From assembly GCF_001457615.1 (NCBI RefSeq), contig NZ_LN831024.1, positions 3,000,001 through 3,032,000 of the forward strand: DNA of 32,000 nt. The letters run 5' to 3'. Within the stretch, counting starts at the first letter, position 1. Every line of letters begins with the position of its first letter. Positions 18,797-28,464 of this stretch are shown in pieces. The stretch comes from Pseudomonas aeruginosa (GTDB lineage: Bacteria; Pseudomonadota; Gammaproteobacteria; Pseudomonadales; Pseudomonadaceae). The notes below the pieces were generated by a model. That model made no database searches. It was not told the DNA's origin and saw only the letters and a program-made list of their open reading frames with translations. The position numbers were made by a program, and so were the translations under genes.

Positions 18797-20206
18797 TCAA
18801 TCGGTGCGCCAGGGCCGCAGCCAGAGCGCCATGCCGAGCAGCGCCAGGCAGCCGGCGACGGTGCCCAGGCCCAATTGCAGCCAGATACCGTCGATGCGGA
18901 ACAGCAGGCCGGCGGCGAGCGCCATGGCCAGGGCGTTCAGTAGCCACAGCCGGGCCCAGGGCAGGGCGCCGAGCAGGGCCTGGCGACGCATCAGCAGCAG
19001 CGCGGTGCAGAGCACCCCGCCAAGGGCCGCGAGGGGAATCCCCGGCAGTCCGAAAATCAACGGCAGGACCGCCAGCAGCGCGGCGTTCAGCGCGCTGCCG
19101 AGCAGCTCGCAGCGCAGCGGCAGGCGAGTATCGCCGGCGGCGTAGGCGTAACGCGCCAGCAAGGCATTCCAGGCGCCGAACACCAGTGGCACGGCGAACC
19201 AGGCCAGCAGCGCCGGCAACGGCGAGCCGGCGGTCTGCCGCGGCAGCAACAGGGCCACCAGGCCGGGTGCGGCAGCGACCAGCCCGACCCCGGCCGGCAG
19301 GGTCAGCAGGCTGGCGGTCTCCAGGCCGCGGCGAAGCAGGGCCAGACGCTCGCCACCCTGGCGTCGGCTCATCATGCCGAGCAACACCTGGTTGAGGCTC
19401 ATCAGGGCGATCAGCGGCAGGTTCATCAGCTTGCGCGCCAGGTTGACCCAGGTCACCGCGCCTTCGCCGAGCAGCGAGGCCACCAGCCGCTCGACCAGCG
19501 CCAGGCCCTGGCTGGCGGCGTTGCTCAGCAGCAGCGGAGCGATGCGCCCGCCAAGCTCGCCCAGTTCGACGCCGGAAAGGCGCCAGTGCCAGGGCCGCCA
19601 GCCCTCGATCCATAGCGAAGGCAGCAGCACCAGCGGCATCAGCAGGCTGCCGAGCAGGCAGGCCAGGGCCAGTTGTTCGGGCTGGCTGGCCTGGCCGTGC
19701 AAGGCCAGGTAGAGCACCGGCGGCAGGTTGAACAGCAGCGAGCCGAGCCCGGCCAGGACGAAGCGCTCGGCGGCCTGCAGGGGGATGCTGAATAGCGCAT
19801 GGAGCATCAGCCCCGGCACGCACCAGGCGAGGACCCGCAAGTTGGCCGCGGCCTGGGCGCTGGCCGTCTCGGCCAGGCCCGGGCCGAGCAAGCGCACCAG
19901 CCAGGGCGCCGCCGCCAGCAGCAGGAGGCTGAGCGCCACGGCGATACCGAGCAGCGCCGGGAGGATCGCCGCCAGCCAGTCGAGGCGACGTTCGCCCTGG
20001 CGTTCGAGAAACAGTGGCAGGGCCGCCGCGCTGAGCACGCCGCCGGCCAGCGACATGCGCAGGGCCTCGGGCAGGAACAGGGCGATGAGGAAGGCGTCGC
20101 TGCGCTCGCCGGCGCCCCAGGAGGCCACCAGCAGCCATTCGCGGGCGAAGCCCAGGCACAGGCCGAGCAGGGTGGCAAGGGTCAGCCAGAAGGCGGAGCC
20201 GAGCAT
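18797..20206 (-). CDS. pslK: MurJ/MviN/Wzx-like polysaccharide flippase (MOP superfamily), 469 aa
   Basis: Highly hydrophobic multi-TM ORF with an MviN-like N-terminus (...GFAREWLLVASWGAGERSDAFLIALFLPE...). Confidence 0.85.
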   Translation of the reverse strand: MLGSAFWLTLATLLGLCLGFAREWLLVASWGAGERSDAFLIALFLPEALRMSLAGGVLSAAALPLFLERQGERRLDWLAAILPALLGIAVALSLLLLAAAPWLVRLLGPGLAETASAQAAANLRVLAWCVPGLMLHALFSIPLQAAERFVLAGLGSLLFNLPPVLYLALHGQASQPEQLALACLLGSLLMPLVLLPSLWIEGWRPWHWRLSGVELGELGGRIAPLLLSNAASQGLALVERLVASLLGEGAVTWVNLARKLMNLPLIALMSLNQVLLGMMSRRQGGERLALLRRGLETASLLTLPAGVGLVAAAPGLVALLLPRQTAGSPLPALLAWFAVPLVFGAWNALLARYAYAAGDTRLPLRCELLGSALNAALLAVLPLIFGLPGIPLAALGGVLCTALLLMRRQALLGALPWARLWLLNALAMALAAGLLFRIDGIWLQLGLGTVAGCLALLGMALWLRPWRTD

Positions 20207-20207
20207 C

Positions 20208-21644
20208 TCAGGCCTCGGCCCCGCGCTCGAGCTGTCGCTTGAGCTTGCGATAACCCACCGCCCGCGGTTGCGGCTGGCGTTCCGGGAACAGCCGGCGGGC
20301 TTCCAGCAGGTTGATCCCGACCAGCAGCCAGAACAGGCCGATCATCACCACGGCGAAGCTGAAGTAGTGGTCGAACAGGCCGCTGACCAGCGCCGCCAGG
20401 ATGCCGCCCGTACTGCCCAGCCAGATCGCGTTGTCGCGGGTCAGGCGGATCGGGCCTTTCTCCGGACGGGCTTCGCGCCACCAGCGCCAGGTCACCGCGA
20501 TGAACAGCAGCATGCCGCCGAGGCCGACCTTGTACATGAAGTTCAGCCACAGGTTGGAGATGCCCAGGAGGTCGGTACCCGGCACCGGCGGGTCGACCTT
20601 GAAGCCGATTCCCAGCGGATAGCGGGCGACGGCCTTGGGGAACATCCGGTATTCGTCGAAGCGCACCTCGGTACTGGCGTTCTGCGGCGAGAAGATGGTC
20701 GCCAGGCGTTCCTGCAACGGCGGGTAGCTGAGCACCAGGACCACCACCAGGCCGACCCCGAGCAACAGCAGGCGGCCGGTGTAGGGCACCTTGCGCAGGG
20801 ACATCCAGAACAGCACCACCGCCAGGCTGAGCATCGCCCCGCGGGAACTGGCGAGGAGGATCGCGGCGGCGCCGAGGACCGCCACGGCGAGGCCCAGGCC
20901 GCGCCGCCAGCCCTGGTTGGCGACCCCGTAGCAGAACGCCAGGGGCAGCAGCAGGGCCATGATCCCGCCGGTGGCGTTGGGGTGCATCCATGGCGAGCCC
21001 ATCCGCGAGGAAAGCGCCTCCAGGCCGAACTTGAGGGTGTCCAGGTTGGCGTAGTTGAACATCGCCAGGATCGGCGCCATCCCCGACGCCGAGCGGTAGC
21101 GGATGAACACCGCGATGGACATCAGCAGCATCGCCAGGGTGCCCAGCAGCAGGGCGATGACCAGGGTCTCGCGGTTCTTGCGCTCCACCAGCAGGCGTCC
21201 GGCGAGGAACACGATGGACAGGTTGAGCAGCCAGCGCAGCCAGTTCGACAGGCCGCTGGCCTCGGCCTTGATGCTGACCTGGCCGACCACGAACGGCAGC
21301 ACGGTGAACAGCATCAGCCACAGCAGCATGCGCTCGGTGGAGCGGTAGCGCAGCGCCGGCGCCGGCGGCAGGCGCGAGAGGAAGATGTGCCAGAGCACCG
21401 CGCCCCAGGTCAGGGCGAGGATCGCTTCGCTGACCGTCGAACGGATCCCCACGTTGACCGTGGAGTAGGGCATGAAGGTCGCCACCAGGGCGAACAGCAG
21501 CAGCCCCCAGAACGGGAAGCGCAGGATGGTGACCGCGGCCGCCAGGCCGACCATGGCGGCGCCGGCCTTGGCCGGGCTGAGCATCAGCAGCGCTCCGCCG
21601 AAGGCCAGGCCGAAGACGACAGCGACGAGGTTTCCCAACGACAT
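20208..21644 (-). CDS. pslJ: Wzy/O-antigen-ligase-like polysaccharide polymerase, 478 aa
   Basis: This is the 3' part of the long ORF 20208..22580. Start at ATG 21642-21644 (MSLGNLVAVVFGLAF...), 2 nt after the pslI stop. Multi-TM protein with a large loop. Confidence 0.85.
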   Translation of the reverse strand: MSLGNLVAVVFGLAFGGALLMLSPAKAGAAMVGLAAAVTILRFPFWGLLLFALVATFMPYSTVNVGIRSTVSEAILALTWGAVLWHIFLSRLPPAPALRYRSTERMLLWLMLFTVLPFVVGQVSIKAEASGLSNWLRWLLNLSIVFLAGRLLVERKNRETLVIALLLGTLAMLLMSIAVFIRYRSASGMAPILAMFNYANLDTLKFGLEALSSRMGSPWMHPNATGGIMALLLPLAFCYGVANQGWRRGLGLAVAVLGAAAILLASSRGAMLSLAVVLFWMSLRKVPYTGRLLLLGVGLVVVLVLSYPPLQERLATIFSPQNASTEVRFDEYRMFPKAVARYPLGIGFKVDPPVPGTDLLGISNLWLNFMYKVGLGGMLLFIAVTWRWWREARPEKGPIRLTRDNAIWLGSTGGILAALVSGLFDHYFSFAVVMIGLFWLLVGINLLEARRLFPERQPQPRAVGYRKLKRQLERGAEA

Positions 21645-21646
21645 TC

Positions 21647-22750
21647 TCAACTCAGTTCCTCGATCAGTGCGGCCAGCCGTTGCCGGTAGGCTTCGCGGTT
21701 GAAGCGCGCGGCCCAGGCGATGAGTTCTTCCGCCGAGGCTTCGCGCGGCGCATCGGCCAGGCGCAGCATCAGGCGTTCCAGGGCGGCGCCGTCGCTGGGC
21801 GAGAAGCGCGGCGCCGACGGCGGGGTGACTTCGTCCAGCGAGGTGCCGCTGGCCACCGCCACCGGCGTGCCGACGCTCAGCGCCTCGACCACCGGCAGGC
21901 CGAAGCCTTCCGCGTAGGACGGTTGCCAGAGCCGCTCGGCCTGGCGGTACAGCGCGTGCAGTTCGGCGTCGTCGAGCCCGCCGAGCGCGTGCAGGCCGGG
22001 CAAGCCGCGTTGTTCCTCGGGCAGGTGGTCGAGGCTGCCGACCAGCACCAGCGGCGGCACGCCGGGCGCCTGGGCGCGTGCCCGGGCCCAGGCACTGACG
22101 AACCAGGGCACGTTCTTGCGCAGTTCGCGGGTACCCACCAGCAGCCAGTAGCGTGGCGGCAGGCCGCGTGCCGAGAGGTCGGCGGGTCCGCCGGCGAAGC
22201 CGTCGACCTGGTTGGGCAGCACCCGGACTTTCCCGGCGACCCCGGGAAACAGCCGCACAGCCTCGTCGGCGCTGTACTGCGAAGGGGTCCAGACACGGTC
22301 GGCGACACGCAGCGCATAGGCGATCGACAGGTAGTCGCTGACCCGATAGACCAGTGCCTTGAGGCGGTTGGCGTGGTAGTTCTTCAGGGTGATCTGGAAC
22401 AGGTCGTGGATCAGCAGCGCATAGCGCACGCCCGGCGGACGCGGCGGTAGCGGCAGGCCCATGTTGAAGGTGCTGATGTACAGGTCGATGTCCTGCTCGC
22501 GCAAGACGCGTGGGAGGAACCCGGCTTCGAAGCGCAGGCGCTGGTGCGGCTGGTGCATCGCGGTGCGCGGGCAGCCCCACGGCGGGCAGACCGCCCGCTG
22601 GCGCAGCGGGTCGTCGAGAGGGGCCACGGTGAAGCGGGTCACCTGCGTGCCGGGCAGGCTTTCCAGGGCCTGCTCCATGGCATAGACCTGGCGGCTGATG
22701 CCCGAGTGCGGCGAGCTGCCGACGGTGCGGTAGTCGAGTCCTATGCGCAT
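21647..22750 (-). CDS. pslI: Glycosyltransferase (GT4-like), 367 aa
   Basis: Start at ATG 22748-22750 (MRIGLDYRTVG...). Contains the ...PSYAEGFGLPVVEAL motif. Overlaps the pslH stop by 10 nt. Confidence 0.88.
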   Translation of the reverse strand: MRIGLDYRTVGSSPHSGISRQVYAMEQALESLPGTQVTRFTVAPLDDPLRQRAVCPPWGCPRTAMHQPHQRLRFEAGFLPRVLREQDIDLYISTFNMGLPLPPRPPGVRYALLIHDLFQITLKNYHANRLKALVYRVSDYLSIAYALRVADRVWTPSQYSADEAVRLFPGVAGKVRVLPNQVDGFAGGPADLSARGLPPRYWLLVGTRELRKNVPWFVSAWARARAQAPGVPPLVLVGSLDHLPEEQRGLPGLHALGGLDDAELHALYRQAERLWQPSYAEGFGLPVVEALSVGTPVAVASGTSLDEVTPPSAPRFSPSDGAALERLMLRLADAPREASAEELIAWAARFNREAYRQRLAALIEELS

Positions 22751-23949
22751 GCCGGCGCTCCTTCGGCGAGGCCGGCGTAGACCTGTTCCAGTTGGCTGGC
22801 GGCGACGCTCCAGTCGTGCGCGCGACGTACGTAGGCGCGGCCGTTCTCGCCCAGCGCGCGGGCCTGCGCCGGGTCCTGCAACAGGCGCACCACGGCGTTG
22901 GCGAGCTGCTCGGCGGATTCGCCGCCGAGGTAGTCCTCGCCGTCCCGCAGTTCCAGGCCGGAAACGCCCTGCGCGGTACTCGCCAGCGGCAGCCCGGCGG
23001 CCAGGGCCTCGAGCACCTTCAGCTTCGAACCGCCGCCATGGCGCAGCGCGGCGAGGAACACCGAACTGCTCGATTGCAGTTGCAGCAGGTCGGGAACGAA
23101 GCCTTGCCATTCGATGCGCGGATCGCTCCAGCGTTGCGCCCACTCCGCCGGCAGCGCATAGCCGCAGACGCTCATGCGCGCCTCGGGGCAGTGTGCCCAG
23201 ACCCGCGGCAGGATCTCGTCGAGCATCCATTCCACGGCATCGACGTTCGGTGCGTATTCGTAGTTGCCGAGGAACAGCACGCGCTGCGCTTCGGGCGTCG
23301 GCCGGGCGGCGGCGAAGTGCTCGCAGTCGACCCCGTTGACCACCACTGGCACCGGGCGGCCGAGCATCGCGCCGAGCTGCCGCGCATCTTTCTCGGTCAC
23401 GGCGACGACCGCTGCCGCCTGGCTCATCACCCGGCGTTCCCAGCGGCGGTAACGCCACTGGTCGTAGCGCACGAAGGGCAGCGCCCAGCCCGGCAGGCGG
23501 TCGTAGGTGGCGGCACCGAGGGACGACTCGACGTTGTGCTCGGTGAGCACGAACGGCTGGCCGGCGTCGCGCAGCGGTCGCTCGTAGGGCTGGAAGCTAT
23601 AGCTGTGCTCGACCTGGACCACGTCCCAGGGCTCGCGCAGCAACTCCGTGGCGGTGCGTTGCAGCTCCGCCGACAGGCCGTTGACGCTGGCCAGCAGCGG
23701 GTAGGGCGCGAACAGCGCGGCGAGCAGCGTGGAGAGGCTGCGCAGCGGCCGGCGCGGCAGCACGACCAGGCGTTCGAGGAAGGGCTCCAGGGCCTGGCGG
23801 TCCTCGGCGCTCACCGGCTGCTTGCTGTGCAGCAGCACGGTGATCCGGTGGCCGCGTGCCGCGAGGCTGCGCAGCAGGTGGTACTGGCGGGTCTTGCCGC
23901 CGCTGGTGGTGGGCCAGGGCGAGTAGGGCAGGATCCAGAGAATACGCAT
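22741..23949 (-). CDS. pslH: Glycosyltransferase (GT4-like), 402 aa from ATG 23949 (406 aa if the GTG at 23961 is used)
   Basis: MRILWILPYSPWPTTSGGKTRQYHLL... N-terminus and a ...GGSKLKVLEALAAGLP motif. The alternative GTG start would overlap the pslG stop (GTGA). Confidence 0.85.
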   Translation of the reverse strand: MRILWILPYSPWPTTSGGKTRQYHLLRSLAARGHRITVLLHSKQPVSAEDRQALEPFLERLVVLPRRPLRSLSTLLAALFAPYPLLASVNGLSAELQRTATELLREPWDVVQVEHSYSFQPYERPLRDAGQPFVLTEHNVESSLGAATYDRLPGWALPFVRYDQWRYRRWERRVMSQAAAVVAVTEKDARQLGAMLGRPVPVVVNGVDCEHFAAARPTPEAQRVLFLGNYEYAPNVDAVEWMLDEILPRVWAHCPEARMSVCGYALPAEWAQRWSDPRIEWQGFVPDLLQLQSSSSVFLAALRHGGGSKLKVLEALAAGLPLASTAQGVSGLELRDGEDYLGGESAEQLANAVVRLLQDPAQARALGENGRAYVRRAHDWSVAASQLEQVYAGLAEGAPACA

Positions 23950-23957
23950 GGGTGGCT

Positions 23958-25285
23958 TCACTCCCAGACCAGCATCTGCAGGCTGGACTTCACCGGGACT
24001 TCCAGGCCGTCGCTGCCGCTCAAGGGCGTGACCTTGCCGCTGAGCGGATCGTGCAGGGTGGCCTCTTTGAGCTTCGGCAGGCGCACGTTGCCGCCGCGGG
24101 CCGACCAGAACAGCCAGACGTTGCGACCGTCCTCGCGGGTCCAGCCGATGCTGAAGGAACCGTCGGGCAGGTCCTCGGTGACCGGCGGGTCGGCCGGGCG
24201 CAGCTTCGGCCCGGTGACCTTGAGGAAGCGTTGCAGGGCCAGGTAGACCGGCTTGGGGTTGGCGTCCAGGTCGAGCAGGCCGTAGTCGCGGTCGCGCACG
24301 CTGGCGCGCTGGTCGAGATCGCTGAGGGTGAAGAGGAAGATCCGGTCGTAGTCCAGCGCACTCATCAGCGCCAGGCGGCGCAGCACGTAGTCGGCCTGGC
24401 CTTCGACGCCGATGATGTCCTGCAACTCCTTCGGCCCTTGTAGGCCGACCAGCCCCACTCGGTGCTCCAGATCGCCGGCACGCCGGCGTTGCGCAGGGCG
24501 CGGTTGATCTGGTTGGCGTGGGAGACGAAGTCCAGGTTCCACGGGTAGTTGCCTTCCGGCAACTGGGTATAGGGATGGTAGGTGGCGATGGTGCCGAGGC
24601 TCTCCACGCCCAGGTGGCCGAGGGCGTCGAACATGGTGCGGCCGTCGGGCATCTCGCTGAAGAAGGCCATGCCGGCGGAAACCACCGGCTTCTCCGGGTC
24701 GACCATGCGCAGGGCGATGGTGCTGGCCTGGAGCAGCTTGGCGTAGCCTTCCGGGTCGGCCTTGGGCCGCCAGAAGCCGATCAGGTTGGGCTCGTTCCAT
24801 ACCTGCCAGGCGGCCACGCTCGGGTAGCGCTGCGAGAGCATCGCCATGCGCCGGGCGAAGACTTCCGGGTCGCGCGGCGGATACTGGTCCTGGAAGGGCG
24901 AGTAGAACGGCGCGGTGGTGATGAAGCGGGCCGAGCCGACCAGGTAGAACACCGACTTCAGCTGGCGCGCCTCGAGATCCTTGACCAACTGGTCGAGGGA
25001 GGCCAGCTGGTACTGGTCCTCGGCGGTTTCCAGGCGGTCCCAGTGCAGGTCCAGGCGCACCCACTCCAGCCCCAGGTCCTGCAGGCGGTCGATCTGCTTG
25101 TTGTAACGCTCCGGGCTGAACCAGAGGAACTGCGCGTTGACCCCGAGGAAGTCTTTCCAGACCACCGCGCGAGGCGCCTTCAGTACCTGGATCTCGGCGT
25201 CGGCGGGACGCCCCCAGAACACCAGCAGCAGTACCACGGCGAGCAGCAGCGCGCTGCCGCCCAGATAGAGTCCCTTACGTGCCAT
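23958..25285 (-). pseudogene. pslG: GH39 Psl endoglycosidase, reading frame broken by a 1-nt deletion after codon 284
   Basis: The frame from ATG 25285 (MARKGLYLGG...) reads ...STEWGWSAYKG, then 22 aberrant codons to TGA at 24365. The frame ending at 23958 resumes ...GPKELQDIIGVEGQADYVLRRL...SSLQMLVWE. The minus strand reads AAGGGCCGAAGG where AAGGGCCCGAAGG would fuse the two frames. 1328 nt plus 1 nt would give 442 codons. Confidence 0.85.
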
Positions 25286-26462
25286 GAACGGTTCCCACCA
25301 TGTCGTTGAACAGTGCCTGGAAGCGCAGCGCGGTGCGCGGCCAGGTCCGCGCATGGCCGATCGCTCCGGCGCGCTCGGCCCAGGCCTGTGCCAGGCGGGG
25401 TTCGCGAGCGAGGTTCAACAACTGTTCGGAGAGGGCTGCCACGTCTCCCTGAGGGTAGATGGCGCCGTTGCCGCTGGCGACTTCCTCGGCGAAGGCGCGA
25501 GCGTCCGAGGTGATCGCGCCGCGCCCGCAGGCTGCCGCCCAGGACAGGGCGCCGCTGGTGCCGCGCTGCTGGCCGAGCAGACCGAGTTTCTTCGACTCGC
25601 GGTACGGCAGGACCATCACGTGGTGGGCCTGGATGGTACGCGGGATGTCCGCGGCGGCCAGGTTCAGGTTCCAGTCGATGGCGTCGGCCAGGCCAAGCTC
25701 GGCGATCTGTGCCTTCAACTGGTCGAGGTAGTTGCCGCCGGCGCCGAAGGCCATTTCCGCGGCGGTGCCGCCGGCCAGGGTCAGGCGCACGCGCTGGCGC
25801 ATCTCCGGCGCGCTGGCGAACAGGTCGGCGAGGGCCTCGAGCAGGTCCTCGATGCCTTTGCCGCGATAGATGAATCCGAAGTACAGCAGGCGCAGGGTGT
25901 CCAGCGACGGCAGCGGCACCGTGGCGATCTCCAGGTTGCCGTGGTTGATCACCTCGACCCGCCCGGGCGGCAGGCGCATCCGCCGGGCCAGGCACTCGCC
26001 GCCCAGGCCGGTGAGGGTCACCAGGCGCGTCAGGCCCTGGGCCACGGCACGCTCTTCGCGCAGGGTCAGCGGGTCGGCGAGCACCACGGCGGCCTGGGGC
26101 AGGGGAGAGGGCAGGCGTTCCAGCAGGTTCAGCGGCCAGGGCAGGCGCTCGCGGCGCCAGACCATGCGCTCCGGATCGTGCACCGTGGCGCTCAGCGGCA
26201 GGCGCGGGAAACGCTTGCGCAGCTCGCGCAGGGCGATGAACTCACCCAGGCGGCCGCCGCCGAGTTCGGCATGGACCAGGTCGAAGGCGTTCCAGTCGAC
26301 GCTGTCCAGCCGGCTGGCGATATTCGCGCTGTCGGCCGCCACGCCGGCGAGCGGCGTGGCTACTTCGATGCCGAGACCCTGCAGGGCGTTGCGGAAATGA
26401 CTGGCGTAGTCGGCGATGCCATTCTTTTCCGGCGGCAGGGGCGCGAGGAGGGCGATCCGCAT
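25275..26462 (-). CDS. pslF: Glycosyltransferase (GT4-like), 395 aa
   Basis: Start at ATG 26460-26462 (MRIALLAPLPPEKNGIADY...), sharing 1 nt with the pslE stop (TGATG). The 3' end overlaps the pslG start by 11 nt. Confidence 0.88.
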   Translation of the reverse strand: MRIALLAPLPPEKNGIADYASHFRNALQGLGIEVATPLAGVAADSANIASRLDSVDWNAFDLVHAELGGGRLGEFIALRELRKRFPRLPLSATVHDPERMVWRRERLPWPLNLLERLPSPLPQAAVVLADPLTLREERAVAQGLTRLVTLTGLGGECLARRMRLPPGRVEVINHGNLEIATVPLPSLDTLRLLYFGFIYRGKGIEDLLEALADLFASAPEMRQRVRLTLAGGTAAEMAFGAGGNYLDQLKAQIAELGLADAIDWNLNLAAADIPRTIQAHHVMVLPYRESKKLGLLGQQRGTSGALSWAAACGRGAITSDARAFAEEVASGNGAIYPQGDVAALSEQLLNLAREPRLAQAWAERAGAIGHARTWPRTALRFQALFNDMVGTVHGT

Positions 26463-28450
26463 CAGAACGCGCTCCGGTAGCGGGCGATGGTCTGCAAGAC
26501 CTTGCTCGGCACCTCGAAGCGGCGCCGGTTGATGATGATCCCGTCGACCTTGCCGAACGCCGTGGTGAGGATGGTCAGCGCATGCTCGACCACCGGCACG
26601 GTGCTCTTCTGCGCCTCTACCACCAGGGCGATCAGGTCGGCGCGGCGCAGGGCGATGAAGGCCTCGCGGCTGTCCAGCAGGGCCGGCGCGTCGAGCAATA
26701 CCACTTCGCCCGGCTGGGCCGGCTCGCCGCCGACCCGCACGCGCACGCCGTTTTCCTCCAGCAGACGGCGCAGTTGCTCGATGATGAAAGTCACACCTTC
26801 GCCGTGGCGCGCCGAGGTCAGGCCCAGGGTCAGGCCCTTTTCCTCGATGCGTGCGTAGGGCAGCAGCCCGTACAGCCGGTAGATGCTGGCGGTGAAGGCG
26901 TTGCTGCTCTCCGCGGTGCTGTTGCTCAGCTCCGGCAGGGTGGTCCACAGCGGCAGGCCGAATTTCTCCTCGACCAGGCCGCCGTCGTGGATGCGCTGGT
27001 CGAGCAGGTAGCAGAGATAGACCACCAGCAGGCCGACGGCGAGGCCGAAGGGCACGGCGAGGAACAGCATCAGCAGGGTTTTCGGGAAGATCCGCCCGGG
27101 GTTGTAGGTGGCTTCCTCGATCACCGAGATGTTGCTGATCTGGCTCTTGTCCAGTTCACGGTCGATCCGCGATTTCTCCAGGCTGTCGACGTACAGCGCG
27201 TAGTTGCGCTCGGTGGCGTTCAGCTCGCGCTGCAGGCGCGCCAGGGTCGGCTCGATGTCCAGCGCTTCGCGCCGTTGCGCCTCGAGTTCGGCGAGCTGCT
27301 TTTCCTGCTCCGCGAGCTGGGTGCGCAGGGCCGCGTTGTTGCTGGTCTCGTCCAGCAGGACCCGTTCCAGGTGAGTGGTCAGGGTGTTCGGCGCGCGGTC
27401 CTCGGAACTCTGCACGGTGGCGCCTTCGTCCTGGACTTCCTTCTCCAGGGCACGGATCGAGGCGTCCAGGGCCTTCACCGGCGGCGCATCGTCGGTGTAG
27501 GTGCGCATCATGTCGGCGCGTTCCAGGCGCTTCTGGTTGAGCAGCCGGCGCAGGTCCTGCTGCGCCGGGTTCAGCGCGATCTGCCGCACCGTGACGATCT
27601 CCCTGGGCAGCCCCTTGAGTTGCTGGCGGGTGGATTCCAGGGCGCTGTCGGAGGAGGCGATCAGGCGGATCGAGTTGAAACGCTCGCCGCGCAGCACGTT
27701 GATCCGCTCGGACAGGTCCTGCAGGCGGTCCTCGATGCTGGATGCGCCGATCTCGTTGAGGTGCTTGAGGATCTGCGCCTTGTAGCTCTTGATCTGCGCC
27801 GCGCTGTCGGCAGTCTGCGCCTCGTAGAAGGCGTACAGGCTCTTGCGGCCGAGCGCCTGGGTGCGCTCTTCCATGTAGATCTCGATCCAGGCCTTGACCA
27901 CTTCCTGGGCGACTTCCGGCTCGCTCCAGGTGAAGCTGATCTCCATCACCGTCGAGCCGGCCGCATGGGTGACCTCGAATTTCTTCTCGAGGTCCTTGGC
28001 CAGGCGCTCGACCGCGGTGGTTTCCTCGATCACGCCGAAGGTTTCCAGGGTCACGCGAATCCCGTCGAACACCGCGCCGATGGCCTTCTTCACATAGAAC
28101 TTGGTGCGCTTCCACAGGCCCTCCGGCGGCGGCCGGTTGGCCAGCACCTCGAGGTAGCGCTCGGCCACCTGGCGGACGATCGGTCGGCCGGTGAGCAGGC
28201 GTTCTTCGTCGACGATAGGGTCGCGCTGGGTGCTCGGCATCACCAGCGCCTGGCGGTTGCTGATCTCGATCGGCAGGGTCGAGTCACGGCCCGGCTTGAC
28301 CAGCAGGCGTGCGTTGGACTCGTACTTGGCCGGCAGCAGGAAGGCGCCGAGGACGATGATCACCACCGCGCTGAGGGCCGCCAGCTTGAACTCGCGCTGG
28401 TAGATGAACAGCAGGCGCAACAGATCACGCAAGGAACGAATTTCTATCAT
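26462..28450 (-). CDS. pslE: Polysaccharide co-polymerase (Wzz/Wzc-like PCP) with degenerate C-terminal P-loop domain, 662 aa
   Basis: N-terminal TM segment plus a Wzz-type domain, a long periplasmic coiled-coil region, a second TM segment, then a cytoplasmic domain. AGGAG RBS precedes ATG 28450. Confidence 0.9.
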   Translation of the reverse strand: MIEIRSLRDLLRLLFIYQREFKLAALSAVVIIVLGAFLLPAKYESNARLLVKPGRDSTLPIEISNRQALVMPSTQRDPIVDEERLLTGRPIVRQVAERYLEVLANRPPPEGLWKRTKFYVKKAIGAVFDGIRVTLETFGVIEETTAVERLAKDLEKKFEVTHAAGSTVMEISFTWSEPEVAQEVVKAWIEIYMEERTQALGRKSLYAFYEAQTADSAAQIKSYKAQILKHLNEIGASSIEDRLQDLSERINVLRGERFNSIRLIASSDSALESTRQQLKGLPREIVTVRQIALNPAQQDLRRLLNQKRLERADMMRTYTDDAPPVKALDASIRALEKEVQDEGATVQSSEDRAPNTLTTHLERVLLDETSNNAALRTQLAEQEKQLAELEAQRREALDIEPTLARLQRELNATERNYALYVDSLEKSRIDRELDKSQISNISVIEEATYNPGRIFPKTLLMLFLAVPFGLAVGLLVVYLCYLLDQRIHDGGLVEEKFGLPLWTTLPELSNSTAESSNAFTASIYRLYGLLPYARIEEKGLTLGLTSARHGEGVTFIIEQLRRLLEENGVRVRVGGEPAQPGEVVLLDAPALLDSREAFIALRRADLIALVVEAQKSTVPVVEHALTILTTAFGKVDGIIINRRRFEVPSKVLQTIARYRSAF

Positions 28451-28464
28451 GGCGATGTCGCTCC

